64,000 bases of DNA from an uncultured Gemmatimonadaceae bacterium (GCA_963781585.1 CAWAGQ010000005.1:382199-446198); one strand, 5' to 3'; counted from the stretch's first letter, positions 52,066 to 61,669 are shown. Numbers and translations are program-made. The notes: generated by a model from the letters alone, not told the origin.

Positions 52066-54582
52066 CTATCGCGTCACACGCAGTCCGATGGTCATCGTGC
52101 GGCCGGGCGTGATCATCAGATTGTCCCGCTCGCTGCGCTGGACGTTGGTCAGGTTGTCCACCCGACCAAACCACTCCAGGCCCCGTCCGAAAGGCCGTGA
52201 GACGGTGATGAACGGCTTCACCACTGCCGGATACCGGGTGAGGTAGTCACGCAGCGACGGCTCGGCCGTCGTCACGTCCAGCTGGTCGCCGATGAACCCG
52301 ATCCAGTCGTACCCGGTCCACGACCCCACCATAGTCGTGCCTAACGTGATCACCGAATGTGCGATGTCCCAGCTGAGCGACGCCGAGCCCGAGGTGCCCG
52401 GCACTTCGGGCACGCGGTCACCGACCGCCAGATCGCCGGAATAGGTGCTCGACAGCGCGCGGACGCGGCTGTCGGTCAGCGCCACGCCGAGCGATGCGCG
52501 GAACGCCCCGCGCCGGACCGTCCCCTCCAGCTCGACCCCGCGATTGGCGATCCGGCCCACGTTCTGATACTGGATCGCGCGCGAATTCTCCTTGTTCAGA
52601 ATCACTTCCTGAATCAGTCCGGACGCGTGCTGGGAATAGCCGGTCAGTGAAAGGGTCACCCGATCGCCCGCGTAGAGCTCAATGCCGCCCTCCACGCCCG
52701 ACTGCGACTCGGGTTCGAGCAGCGCGTTGGCCACCTGGCGGTAGTTCACGGTGGAGATGGCCTGACGCGCACTCGGCGCAGGGGGCCGGATCCCCTTGCC
52801 GTACGCCAGACGGAACTTCGCGGTCGCAGGGCCCACGTCGCGGGTGTAGGCCAGGCCGAGCATCGGCGACCAGGCCGTTCCGTAATGCTCACCGAATGTG
52901 CTGTTCCGCTCGCCGCGCAGGCCGGCGGTGAGGAAGAGGGCACGCGTGACGTCGAGCTTGAACTGGCCAAAGGCCCCGGTGTTGGTGATGTCGTCGCGAT
53001 AGAGGGCGCCGAGACTGTCACCCGCGCCGGTGACATCGAAACGGAGGCCGAGACGCTCCCGCACCAGGTTCGAGCGCTCCAGTCCGACGGTGAGGGCACC
53101 GCTCCGCTCGCCGCCGTCGCGCGTGTAGCGGTGAAAGAGCCGGAACGTGCTGCTGTACCGCACCGACGACTTGCTCGCCCGTTCCCGGGTGGCGCCGAGC
53201 AGGGCATCGGCCACGGTAGCCGGTTCGCGCTGGACCGGAATCGCTCCGGCATTCCGGTCGAGTCCCAGCACGAGGGTGTGCCGCCACCACGGCGCGTGTC
53301 CGACGTCGAGCGTCAGACCGTACGTTTCGTTCTCGATGTGCTGATCACGCACCGGCGGGCGAATGGAGGGCGGGAGCTCCTGGCCGCGCAGGAGGGGGTT
53401 CTCGGGCGCGGTGAACCGGATGTCGGCGTAGCGTGCCGTTCCCTCGATGCGCAGCGGACCGACCAGGTGACGGAACCCGCCGAACGTGCCCCGGGTCCCG
53501 GCGCTCCCGCCCGGGACCACCGCGCCCGACGATGCGTACGTTGCCCCCACGCCTAACGAGCTGGTCGCGCCGCCGCTCGAGAACATCACCGAGTGGTGCT
53601 GGACGCCGCTCGCCCCGTCCACATACCGGCTCTCCATCACCCCGCCGGTGAGCAACGCATCGATATGTGGATGCCACTGCTGGCCCGGGATGCCCCGCCT
53701 GGTCACGATCTGGACCACCCCGCTGATCGCATCCGACCCGTACAGGGCCGACCCCTGTGGCCCGCGGATGATCTCGATCCGGTCGATGCTGAACGGGTCG
53801 ATCGCGAACAGCATGTACGGACTCGCTAGTTCCACGCCATCCACGTAGGTCTTGAGGTAGTTCGACGTGAACGAGCTGGACCCGCGCACCGAGCCGATCT
53901 GGGCCAGGGGTCCGGAGATGCCGAGGTCCCACGCGACGACGCCAGGCACTCCGGCGCGCATCAGGTCCTCCATCGTCGGCGCGCCGAGCGCCGCGATCTG
54001 GCTGGAGGTCAAGACCGTGACCGCGCTGGCCAGCTCGCGCTCCGGCGCGCCACCCACCGGCGTCCCCATCACGATCACCCGGTCCATGAGCTGCGGCTGC
54101 AATGCCGGTCTCGAGACCGTTCGCTCAAGCCTGCCACCCGTCCCGATGCTATAGGTGACGAAGTTCCCGGATTTGTGATCGGTGGGAGACTTCACCAGCA
54201 CCACGTAGCCCGACGGCGTGACTACCGGGTCGATGCCGGTGCCGCGCAGCAGCAGCCGCAGCACGTCGCCGACCGCGGTTGACTCGCGCGCGATAGAGAC
54301 GCGCCGGTCGACCGGCACCACGTCACTACTATAAGACAGCCGCAACTCGCATCGCGCCGCGATCTCGCGCAGCGCCATTTCCAGCGGCACATCGTCCAGG
54401 TTGATGGAAACCCGGCGGGACAGCACGTCGCCGGGCCGTGCGGCAGCGCGGGCGCCGGTGTCGGCCACCGCCAGCTTCGGGACCGTCTGGGCGCCCGTTG
54501 TCGGCCACGCTGCCCCGCCGACCGCCGCCAGCATAACGAGTGCATCGCCTACCGCGCGCCGGACCCCGGCGGCGAAGCTCAC
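52066..54582 (-). CDS. TonB-dependent receptor with N-terminal STN signalling domain
   Basis: VPLEMALREIA STN, IDRIEIIRGPQGSALYGSDAISGVVQIVT plug, NLTN...PGRT C-terminus; GTGA overlap with fecR. Confidence 0.9.
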   Translation of the reverse strand: MSFAAGVRRAVGDALVMLAAVGGAAWPTTGAQTVPKLAVADTGARAAARPGDVLSRRVSINLDDVPLEMALREIAARCELRLSYSSDVVPVDRRVSIARESTAVGDVLRLLLRGTGIDPVVTPSGYVVLVKSPTDHKSGNFVTYSIGTGGRLERTVSRPALQPQLMDRVIVMGTPVGGAPERELASAVTVLTSSQIAALGAPTMEDLMRAGVPGVVAWDLGISGPLAQIGSVRGSSSFTSNYLKTYVDGVELASPYMLFAIDPFSIDRIEIIRGPQGSALYGSDAISGVVQIVTRRGIPGQQWHPHIDALLTGGVMESRYVDGASGVQHHSVMFSSGGATSSLGVGATYASSGAVVPGGSAGTRGTFGGFRHLVGPLRIEGTARYADIRFTAPENPLLRGQELPPSIRPPVRDQHIENETYGLTLDVGHAPWWRHTLVLGLDRNAGAIPVQREPATVADALLGATRERASKSSVRYSSTFRLFHRYTRDGGERSGALTVGLERSNLVRERLGLRFDVTGAGDSLGALYRDDITNTGAFGQFKLDVTRALFLTAGLRGERNSTFGEHYGTAWSPMLGLAYTRDVGPATAKFRLAYGKGIRPPAPSARQAISTVNYRQVANALLEPESQSGVEGGIELYAGDRVTLSLTGYSQHASGLIQEVILNKENSRAIQYQNVGRIANRGVELEGTVRRGAFRASLGVALTDSRVRALSSTYSGDLAVGDRVPEVPGTSGSASLSWDIAHSVITLGTTMVGSWTGYDWIGFIGDQLDVTTAEPSLRDYLTRYPAVVKPFITVSRPFGRGLEWFGRVDNLTNVQRSERDNLMITPGRTMTIGLRVTR

Positions 54583-55715
54583 CCACCCGCCTCCGCGCGT
54601 CGCGGCGCGCCGGCCCCTGCCGTATCGGGTGCCGGCTGCACCGGGCGTGAGAACGTCACCACGCGGCCGCGGCGCTCCACCCGTACGCCGAGCGACTTCA
54701 GCGACAGCTGGATGACCTGCAGCGCCTCGTCCAGCGAATCGGTCGGGAGGCCGGTGTTCGTGAGGTGGAGGCGCGCCAGCCCCGGATCGGCGAGGTGACA
54801 CTCGATGTCGAACCAGTGCTCCAACTCCCCGGCCACTTCGGTCAGCGGCGCGTTGTCGAATCCGATTCGTCCGTTGGTCCAGGCCAGCAGCCGGTCGACG
54901 TTCTGGTCATGAAGCACTTCGGGCGTACCGGATGCACCCAGGTGAACCACGTCGTGTGTCCGGAGCGTCGTCACCGTCCCGCCGGTTGTGGAATCGCCGA
55001 GCACGCCGACGGTGCCACTCACCACGGCCACCCGGACCGTCGAATCGCCCGGGTAGGCGCGAATTTCGAACTCGGTACCCAGGTCCCGGGACACCGTTCC
55101 TGCGGCGTGCACCAGGAAGGGACGAGTCGCGTCGTGCCGCACCCGGAAGACCGCCTGACCGGCCAGGTACACACGGCGCTCCGGCCGGCCGTAGCCCTCG
55201 TCGATGCGCAGCATACTGGCCGCACCCAGCACGATCTCCGATCCGTCTGCCAGGTCGAGGGTGCGCCGCTCGCCGATGCCGGTTCGGGTCTCTCCGGCGG
55301 CGACGGTGGCCGATGCGCCTAACGACGCACCAGGGCCACGATACTGGGCGCGCCACACCAGGGTGAGGCCCGTCGCCAGCACGATCGCGGCCGCGATCGG
55401 CAGTGTGCGTGCCGCCCGCCGCCAGCCACCGCGTGGGACCGGCATGGGAATGACGTCCGGTCGCACCGCCGGCGTCCGCTCCGGGGCCGGGGAGGTCCGG
55501 TCCGACTCGATCCGGGCCGCCAGTCGGGCCCACGCGGCATCCACATCCGGCGTGATCGGATGTGCCGCGGCCGCCCAGCGCTGCGCGATGGATTCGAGCC
55601 GCGCCTGCGCCCCCGGATCCTCGGCGACCCAGCGCTCGACCTCCGCCCGCTCGCGGGGAGTGGCCTCACCGGTGACGTATCGTGCCAGGCGGTCCCAGTC
55701 GACGTGATCGGTCAT
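54579..55715 (-). CDS. FecR family anti-sigma factor
   Basis: LARYVTGE, TM, LDLADGSEIVL, RDLGTEF, LAWTNG. Confidence 0.9.
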   Translation of the reverse strand: MTDHVDWDRLARYVTGEATPRERAEVERWVAEDPGAQARLESIAQRWAAAAHPITPDVDAAWARLAARIESDRTSPAPERTPAVRPDVIPMPVPRGGWRRAARTLPIAAAIVLATGLTLVWRAQYRGPGASLGASATVAAGETRTGIGERRTLDLADGSEIVLGAASMLRIDEGYGRPERRVYLAGQAVFRVRHDATRPFLVHAAGTVSRDLGTEFEIRAYPGDSTVRVAVVSGTVGVLGDSTTGGTVTTLRTHDVVHLGASGTPEVLHDQNVDRLLAWTNGRIGFDNAPLTEVAGELEHWFDIECHLADPGLARLHLTNTGLPTDSLDEALQVIQLSLKSLGVRVERRGRVVTFSRPVQPAPDTAGAGAPRRAEAGG

Positions 55716-55915
55716 GGATGCAGATGGAGTATATGCGGGGCGTGTCCCCGTGAGATAGACACGTCCTGCCGGGCACCCCCCTACGATACGGAGTATCACA
55801 CGCCAGATGCACACTGTGCTCCGAGCACATTATTTGAGGAGCGGAGGGGAAGGCCCGGCCCCGCAGCCCGATCCGCGCGGTCACCAGAATCGATTTCCGG
55901 AACCTGAAACGCGCC

Positions 55916-56473
55916 TTGGCAGACCTCGAGCCCCAATCGTCCGACCTCGCGCAACGCCTCCGGCAGGGCGATGAGCGCGCGCTCGAGATCATCTTCCGGG
56001 AACACTTCACCGGCCTGACGCAGTTCGTGGAGCGCTTCGTCCGTTCTCCCGACGTGGCCGAGGAACTGGTTCAGGACATTTTCTACAAGATCTGGACGAA
56101 GCGCGAACAGCTTTCCGAGATCGAGTCATTCAAGACGTATCTCTACCGCGCCGCCCGGAACCAGGCGCTCAACTTCCTTCGTCGCGCGAAGCTCGAGCGC
56201 CGGTGGCAGGAAGAGCAGGGTGTGCACGAGGAACCGTCTGCGTCGTATTCGGCGGATGACGGTGCAACCGGGCAGGAGCTCACGGTAGCGGTGCAGGAGG
56301 CAATCGAGCGGCTTCCGCCGCGATGCCGCGAGGTCTTCCTGCTGAGTCGTGACGGCGGTCTCACGTACTCCGAGATCGCACGCACGCTGGGGATATCCAT
56401 CAAGACCGTGGAGACGCAGATGGGGCGGGGTCTGAAGGCGCTGCGGTCGGCCCTGCAGAGGTATCGGGGGTAG
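55916..56473 (+). CDS. ECF sigma-70 factor (FecI-like), divergent from fecR
   Basis: GDERALE, AEELVQDIF, LPPRCREVF, ISIKTVETQ. Confidence 0.92.
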   Translation: MADLEPQSSDLAQRLRQGDERALEIIFREHFTGLTQFVERFVRSPDVAEELVQDIFYKIWTKREQLSEIESFKTYLYRAARNQALNFLRRAKLERRWQEEQGVHEEPSASYSADDGATGQELTVAVQEAIERLPPRCREVFLLSRDGGLTYSEIARTLGISIKTVETQMGRGLKALRSALQRYRG

Positions 56474-56512
56474 AGGCCAAAGGTCAGAGGCCAAAGGCCA
56501 AGGGCCAAAGGG
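56473..56512 (+). repeat. 7-bp tandem array (AGGCCAA-type)
   Basis: AGGCCAA AGGTCAG AGGCCAA AGGCCAA GGGCCAA right after stop. Confidence 0.75.
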
Positions 56513-56665
56513 CATTGACCAGGAGTAGGGCGATTCGTACGCGACCGGGTGTCTGCTTGCAGGTAGGGGGAACGGTGGAGGGGTGAGCGGAGTCGGGCTG
56601 TCAGAACTGGGGGTGTGAAGACGGCTCTGCTCGCCCCCGACCGTCTGGTCCACAAGAGGGACGAT

Positions 56666-57453
56666 ATGAGTGAATTCCGCTTGGGTGTCGGATCCGTCCT
56701 GCTCGCAGGAGCCATGCTCACGGCCTGTGTGGATTCGCCGACCGCGGCGACTGCGTCGGCGGACGAGAACCAGCTTGCGAGCAGCTTCGACGCGCTGGCC
56801 CAGGAGCAGACCGCGGCGGGTGACGTGGAGCGGAGCGAGGAGTTTCGCTGGGCGGCGCTGGCGCTGCGTGCCGGCGTAGCCCCGACCCGCTTCGATGTCA
56901 CCGTGGACGGCACGCTGGAGAGTTTCAGCGCGTTCGTGCACACGGTCGACTGGATCCTGCCGACCCTGGCGATGCGGCCGATAGGCCACGGACCCTGGTA
57001 GCGTGGCGGACCGACGGCGGCCTGATGCAGGTGATCAGCATCAGCAGCCACACGGAGATGGCGACGGTGATGCACCCCTACAGCATGCGGCCGGCGAAGC
57101 CCGGTTCGCCGATCTCGAGCCCGGTGGCCGGTGCGCTGGCGGCGTATTTCGAGCGCGGGACGAGCGGCTCGGCGTGGATCGGAGTCGGCGGGGAAGTGAA
57201 GATCGCCGAGAAGGCGACCGACGGCGCCTGTCATCCACCTAACGCCAGCGCGACGCCGGCGGGCGTCACCTGCCAGCTGGCGACGTACGGCGTGCGATTC
57301 GGCATCACGGTGGAGGAGACGAAGTCGTTCGAAAACCGCGATCTTCGGCAGGTGGCCGTCACCAAGAAGCTTGACGCGGCGTCGCAGGATGTGGCCGGGG
57401 TGAAGCTGACGTTCAGCTGTGCACAGCCGGCGAGCGACAAGGGGTGTCGGTGA
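56666..57453 (+). CDS. Hypothetical lipoprotein split by a -1 indel at ~56989
   Basis: LTAC lipobox; adding one C (CAC CGG ACC) joins ORFs 56615..57001 and 57025..57453. Confidence 0.6.
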
Positions 57454-57456
57454 CGG

Positions 57457-57497
57457 AGGCCATGGGCCAGAGGCCATAGGTCAGAGGCCATAGGCCT
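57457..57497 (+). repeat. 7-bp tandem array (AGGCCAT-type)
   Basis: AGGCCAT GGGCCAG AGGCCAT AGGTCAG AGGCCAT AGGCC right after stop. Confidence 0.75.
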
Positions 57498-57793
57498 CCG
57501 CGACGCCTGTTCTCCCAAAGACCCCTGACATTGGCGGGGCTCGATGGACCTCGCCTGCCACACTATGAGCTGAGGTTGGCTGTTCGACCCCTCGCGTTGT
57601 CGACACCCCCCCCGGGGTTGTTCGAGCCAAGGCCGCCGCTGCGGCAAGCGGACGGCACGTACATTCTTCATGCTGTCGGGCGCGACGCGGTCCGCAGACA
57701 GCGCGCGGACCCAGAAGAACGCAGGCGTCGATCACGTCCACGCGTCCCGTGTGCCGCCCCAAGTGGGGGCGTTGCGGCGCAGGCATCAGGTGA

Positions 57794-57812
57794 TGTATGC
57801 TACGTGCATACA
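57794..57812. promoter_or_regulatory. Inverted repeat, putative vapBC operator
   Basis: TGTATGC-N5-GCATACA just upstream of the vapB RBS; TA complexes commonly autorepress at such sites. Confidence 0.55.
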
Positions 57813-57827
57813 CCTCACCGAGGAGCC

Positions 57828-58024
57828 ATGAGGACCACACTGAATCTGCAGGACGCGCTCCTGGAGAAGGCGCGACGCCTCACGGGAACCGAGGAGCGCA
57901 CCGCTCTCATTCATGAGGGACTGCGCGCGCTCATCGAGCGTGAAAGCGCGCGCCGTCTCGCGCGCCTCGGCGGCAGCAGCCGCAGCTCGCCGCTATCCCG
58001 CGGCGCCGAGCTGCCCGGCAGTGA
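57828..58024 (+). CDS. vapB: VapB family antitoxin (RHH); -1 indel at ~57977
   Basis: MRTTLNLQDALLEKARRLTG...RESARRLARLGGS; adding one base gives PQLAAIPRRR and a TGA overlapping the vapC GTG. Confidence 0.82.
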
Positions 58025-58377
58025 TTCTCGCCGACATCTCCGTCTGGGTCGACCACTTTCGCGCCGGCGTGGCGGAACTCGAGCGCGCGCTCAACAACGG
58101 CGAGATCCTGATGCACCCGTTCGTGCTGGGCGAATTGGCCTGCGGCAACTTTCGCCGCCGCTCCGAGGTGCTCCCGCTTCTGCGCGAGCTGCCCCAGGCG
58201 CGCGAGGCAACGCACGACGAAGTGATGACCATGATCGAGAGCCGTCGCCTCATGGGGCGCGGCATCGGCTACGTCGATGCCCATCTGCTGGCCGCCGCCG
58301 CGATCACGCCGCAGACGCGGCTCTGGACTCGTGACCAGCGGCTCTCCAGCGTCGCCGCGGCGCTCGGACTCGGGTGA
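58021..58377 (+). CDS. vapC: VapC PIN-domain toxin
   Basis: ILADISVWVDHFR, HPFVLGELACG, GIGYVDAHLL, LWTRD. Confidence 0.9.
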   Translation: MILADISVWVDHFRAGVAELERALNNGEILMHPFVLGELACGNFRRRSEVLPLLRELPQAREATHDEVMTMIESRRLMGRGIGYVDAHLLAAAAITPQTRLWTRDQRLSSVAAALGLG

Positions 58378-58426
58378 TCGAGCAACCGTCTGGCGAGACC
58401 GAGGCTGCCCTCCATCGATCGCCACA

Positions 58427-61177
58427 TGAGACCCCCACTTCCGCGCGCGGGCGATGACCTTGTCGGACACCTGGCGATCGGTCGCCGTTTCAATCCACGC
58501 CCGCGCGCGGGCGATGACGGCTCGGCGTCGAGTCCACGTCGCCGCGAGCGTTTCAATCCACGCCCGCGCGCGGGCGATGACGGGTCCGCATCACGCCGCC
58601 GCGACATCGCAGTTTCAATCCACGCCCGCGCGCGGGCGATGACCGGCGGCAAAGTGCAGGTCGCGAGGCTGGCGTTTCAATCCACGCCCGCGCGCGGGCG
58701 ATGACACGGCGCGCCACGGCCATCGTCGCGACCTGTTTCAATCCACGCCCGCGCGCGGGCGATGACGCCCTTCGCCAGCGCACACGTACCCGCGGTTTCA
58801 ATCCACGCCCGCGCGCGGGCGATGACGCTGCCCGATGGGACCTCGCGACGTGCGGTTTCAATCCACGCCCGCGCGCGGGCGATGACGTCACCGATCACGC
58901 GTCAGCGCGCCCGCGTGTTTCAATCCACGCCCGCGCGCGGGCGATGACGCCGGATGCCTTCGTCGGCGGCCCGCGAGCGTTTCAATCCACGCCCGCGCGC
59001 GGGCGATGACCTACGAGCCCGCAGCCGGCCGTCCGACGCAGTGTTTCAATCCACGCCCGCGCGCGGGCGATGACCGCGGTTAGGCGTCCTGCCGACGTTT
59101 CGCTCGTTTCAATCCACGCCCGCGCGCGGGCGATGACTTCGTCCGGCAACCTGCAGATCGACATGCAGTTTCAATCCACGCCCGCGCGCGGGCGATGACG
59201 TCCGGATCTGCGGCGATCGACGAGATAGCGTGTTTCAATCCACGCCCGCGCGCGGGCGATGACGCGTTCGCCTGCAGCTGGACCATCGGTGACAGTTTCA
59301 ATCCACGCCCGCGCGCGGGCGATGACCTCGGATCGCAGGATGGCGTGGTGGATCGAGGTGTTTCAATCCACGCCCGCGCGCGGGCGATGACCGTGGCTGC
59401 GGCCCGCTCGGCGTGGCTCATGTTTCAATCCACGCCCGCGCGCGGGCGATGACGCGCCGCTGCGTGCACGTCGCGCTGGAACATGTTTCAATCCACGCCC
59501 GCGCGCGGGCGATGACCTGCGGCCATCGGTCGACGCCGGGCTTCGCAGTTTCAATCCACGCCCGCGCGCGGGCGATGACTTGTCTCCGGTCGTTCCGTCG
59601 CGCTGTCGTGTTTCAATCCACGCCCGCGCGCGGGCGATGACCGCCGATCGGTCACACACTCGCGGAGTCACGTTTCAATCCACGCCCGCGCGCGGGCGAT
59701 GACCTGCCGTGATCCAGCCGCCGCCTGCGCGGCTAGTTTCAATCCACGCCCGCGCGCGGGCGATGACCGCGTGATCGACGCGATCTGGCGACGTCGCTGT
59801 TTCAATCCACGCCCGCGCGCGGGCGATGACCTGCCGGTCGATGACCGCCTTCGCTCGGGATGTTTCAATCCACGCCCGCGCGCGGGCGATGACCGCCTCG
59901 ACGGCTCCGACCCGCGTCGACGTGTTTCAATCCACGCCCGCGCGCGGGCGATGACGCGCCCAGGCGATCCCGCCGCGTTCAGGTTTCAATCCACGCCCGC
60001 GCGCGGGCGATGACTGCGCGTCGCTGAGCCGATCGCCTGATCCGTGTTTCAATCCACGCCCGCGCGCGGGCGATGACCGCCGGCAGTCGGAGCTCACCGC
60101 GCGAAATGTTTCAATCCACGCCCGCGCGCGGGCGATGACGCGGCGAGCGTGCCGTCCTCGAACCGGTTTCAATCCACGCCCGCGCGCGGGCGATGACGTC
60201 GACGTCGGACGCCTCGATCGTCGACCGTTTCAATCCACGCCCGCGCGCGGGCGATGACGCGCCGAGTCAGCGACCGTCGCCGCGTCGTGTTTCAATCCAC
60301 GCCCGCGCGCGGGCGATGACCTCGAGTCGCGATCGGTCCCGTCGACATGTTTCAATCCACGCCCGCGCGCGGGCGATGACCGCCGGAGATGACAATCGCG
60401 CCACGCCTTCAGTGTTTCAATCCACGCCCGCGCGCGGGCGATGACTGAGTCGCGGCTGACTGCACGCGCGTCATGTTTCAATCCACGCCCGCGCGCGGGC
60501 GATGACTGCCGCGATGGCGATCGCGCCTCGCGCACATGTTTCAATCCACGCCCGCGCGCGGGCGATGACTGCCGCAGACGATGCTCACGCCATCGCCGCC
60601 TGTTTCAATCCACGCCCGCGCGCGGGCGATGACATCCGTCACGGGATGATGCATGACGCGCACGGTTTCAATCCACGCCCGCGCGCGGGCGATGACCGTA
60701 CCGCGCATAGCTCGCGCACGCGTTTCAATCCACGCCCGCGCGCGGGCGATGACATCCGGACCACCGATGCATGCTACGCGCAGTTTCAATCCACGCCCGC
60801 GCGCGGGCGATGACGGCGGCGGAGTGTAGCCCGAGCTCACGCAGTTTCAATCCACGCCCGCGCGCGGGCGATGACCCGGCGTTGGCTGCTCGGCTTGCCA
60901 CGCAGTTTCAATCCACGCCCGCGCGCGGGCGATGACCGGGCGATGTCACGCCGCGAGCCCGCAGCGGGTTTCAATCCACGCCCGCGCGCGGGCGATGACG
61001 CCTGCGTGGTCGTCGTGCTAGGGCAATACATGTTTCAATCCACGCCCGCGCGCGGGCGATGACGCCCGGGGCGCCGATGACCGGACAGTTTCAATCCACG
61101 CCCGCGCGCGGGCGATGACGCGGCTGAAGCCGCGCGCGCCTAAGAGTTTCAATCCACGCCCGCGCGCGGGCGATGAC
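58427..61177 (-). CRISPR. CRISPR array: 44 identical 32-nt repeats plus 1 degenerate terminal repeat, 44 spacers of 24-33 nt
   Basis: Repeat GTCATCGCCCGCGCGCGGGCGTGGATTGAAAC (minus strand) with I-C-like ATTGAAAC end; degenerate copy at 58427-58458 marks the trailer end. Confidence 0.98.
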
Positions 61178-61362
61178 GGTGGCTCGACAAACTCATTACT
61201 CCAGACCGACTTCCAGTCTCGCCAGCGCGAATCCGCACGCGTGCGGGCGACCAAATTCTGAGCTGCCATCTGCCCGCGAAGGCTAAACAGTTTTCAATCA
61301 GCAAGTTGGCGGATTCCGCGAACTCCAGGCGGAGACCACGCTCACTTGGGGTTCGCGGAGCA
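61178..61362 (-). promoter_or_regulatory. CRISPR leader with IHF-consensus site and inverted repeat
   Basis: Lower GC; AATCAGCAAGTTG (61296-61308) fits WATCAR-N4-TTR; TCCGCGAAC...GTTCGCGGA at ~61315-61359. Confidence 0.75.
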
Positions 61363-61653
61363 CTATGCGATGAGGGGACCCTCCGCATCCAGGGACGGTT
61401 TGGCGCCATGATGTTCGACGCGGTGGCGCCAGTTACTGCCGAGGAAGTAGAAGCGGAGACTGTCCTCCTCGGGGCGATACAGGTCCAGCAGCTGGAGCTT
61501 GAGCCGCGCCCACTGGGTCGGATCGATCTGACATTCGAACACGGAGTTCTGTACCCGCTGGCCGAAGCTCACGCACGTCTTGGCGACGTTCCGAAGCCGC
61601 CTCCGACCCTCGCGTGTGGTCGTCGCCACGTCATACGTCACGAGAACGAACAT
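61363..61653 (-). CDS. cas2: Cas2 (type I-C-like)
   Basis: MFVLVTYDV, GQRVQNSVFEC, DSLRFYFLG. Confidence 0.96.
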   Translation of the reverse strand: MFVLVTYDVATTTREGRRRLRNVAKTCVSFGQRVQNSVFECQIDPTQWARLKLQLLDLYRPEEDSLRFYFLGSNWRHRVEHHGAKPSLDAEGPLIA

Positions 61654-61669
61654 TGGCTCGTCTCCGAAA

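Noticed and set aside
57531..57827. Open frame upstream of and in frame with vapB
   Set aside because: No recognisable motif; the RBS and operator point to a start at 57828
58459..61145. Self-targeting spacers
   Set aside because: No match noticed within the window by eye; an exhaustive search was not possible
58269..61269. Many ORFs with VIARARAWIET / SSPARGRGLK / FNPRPRAGDD repeats
   Set aside because: Translations of the CRISPR repeat, not proteins
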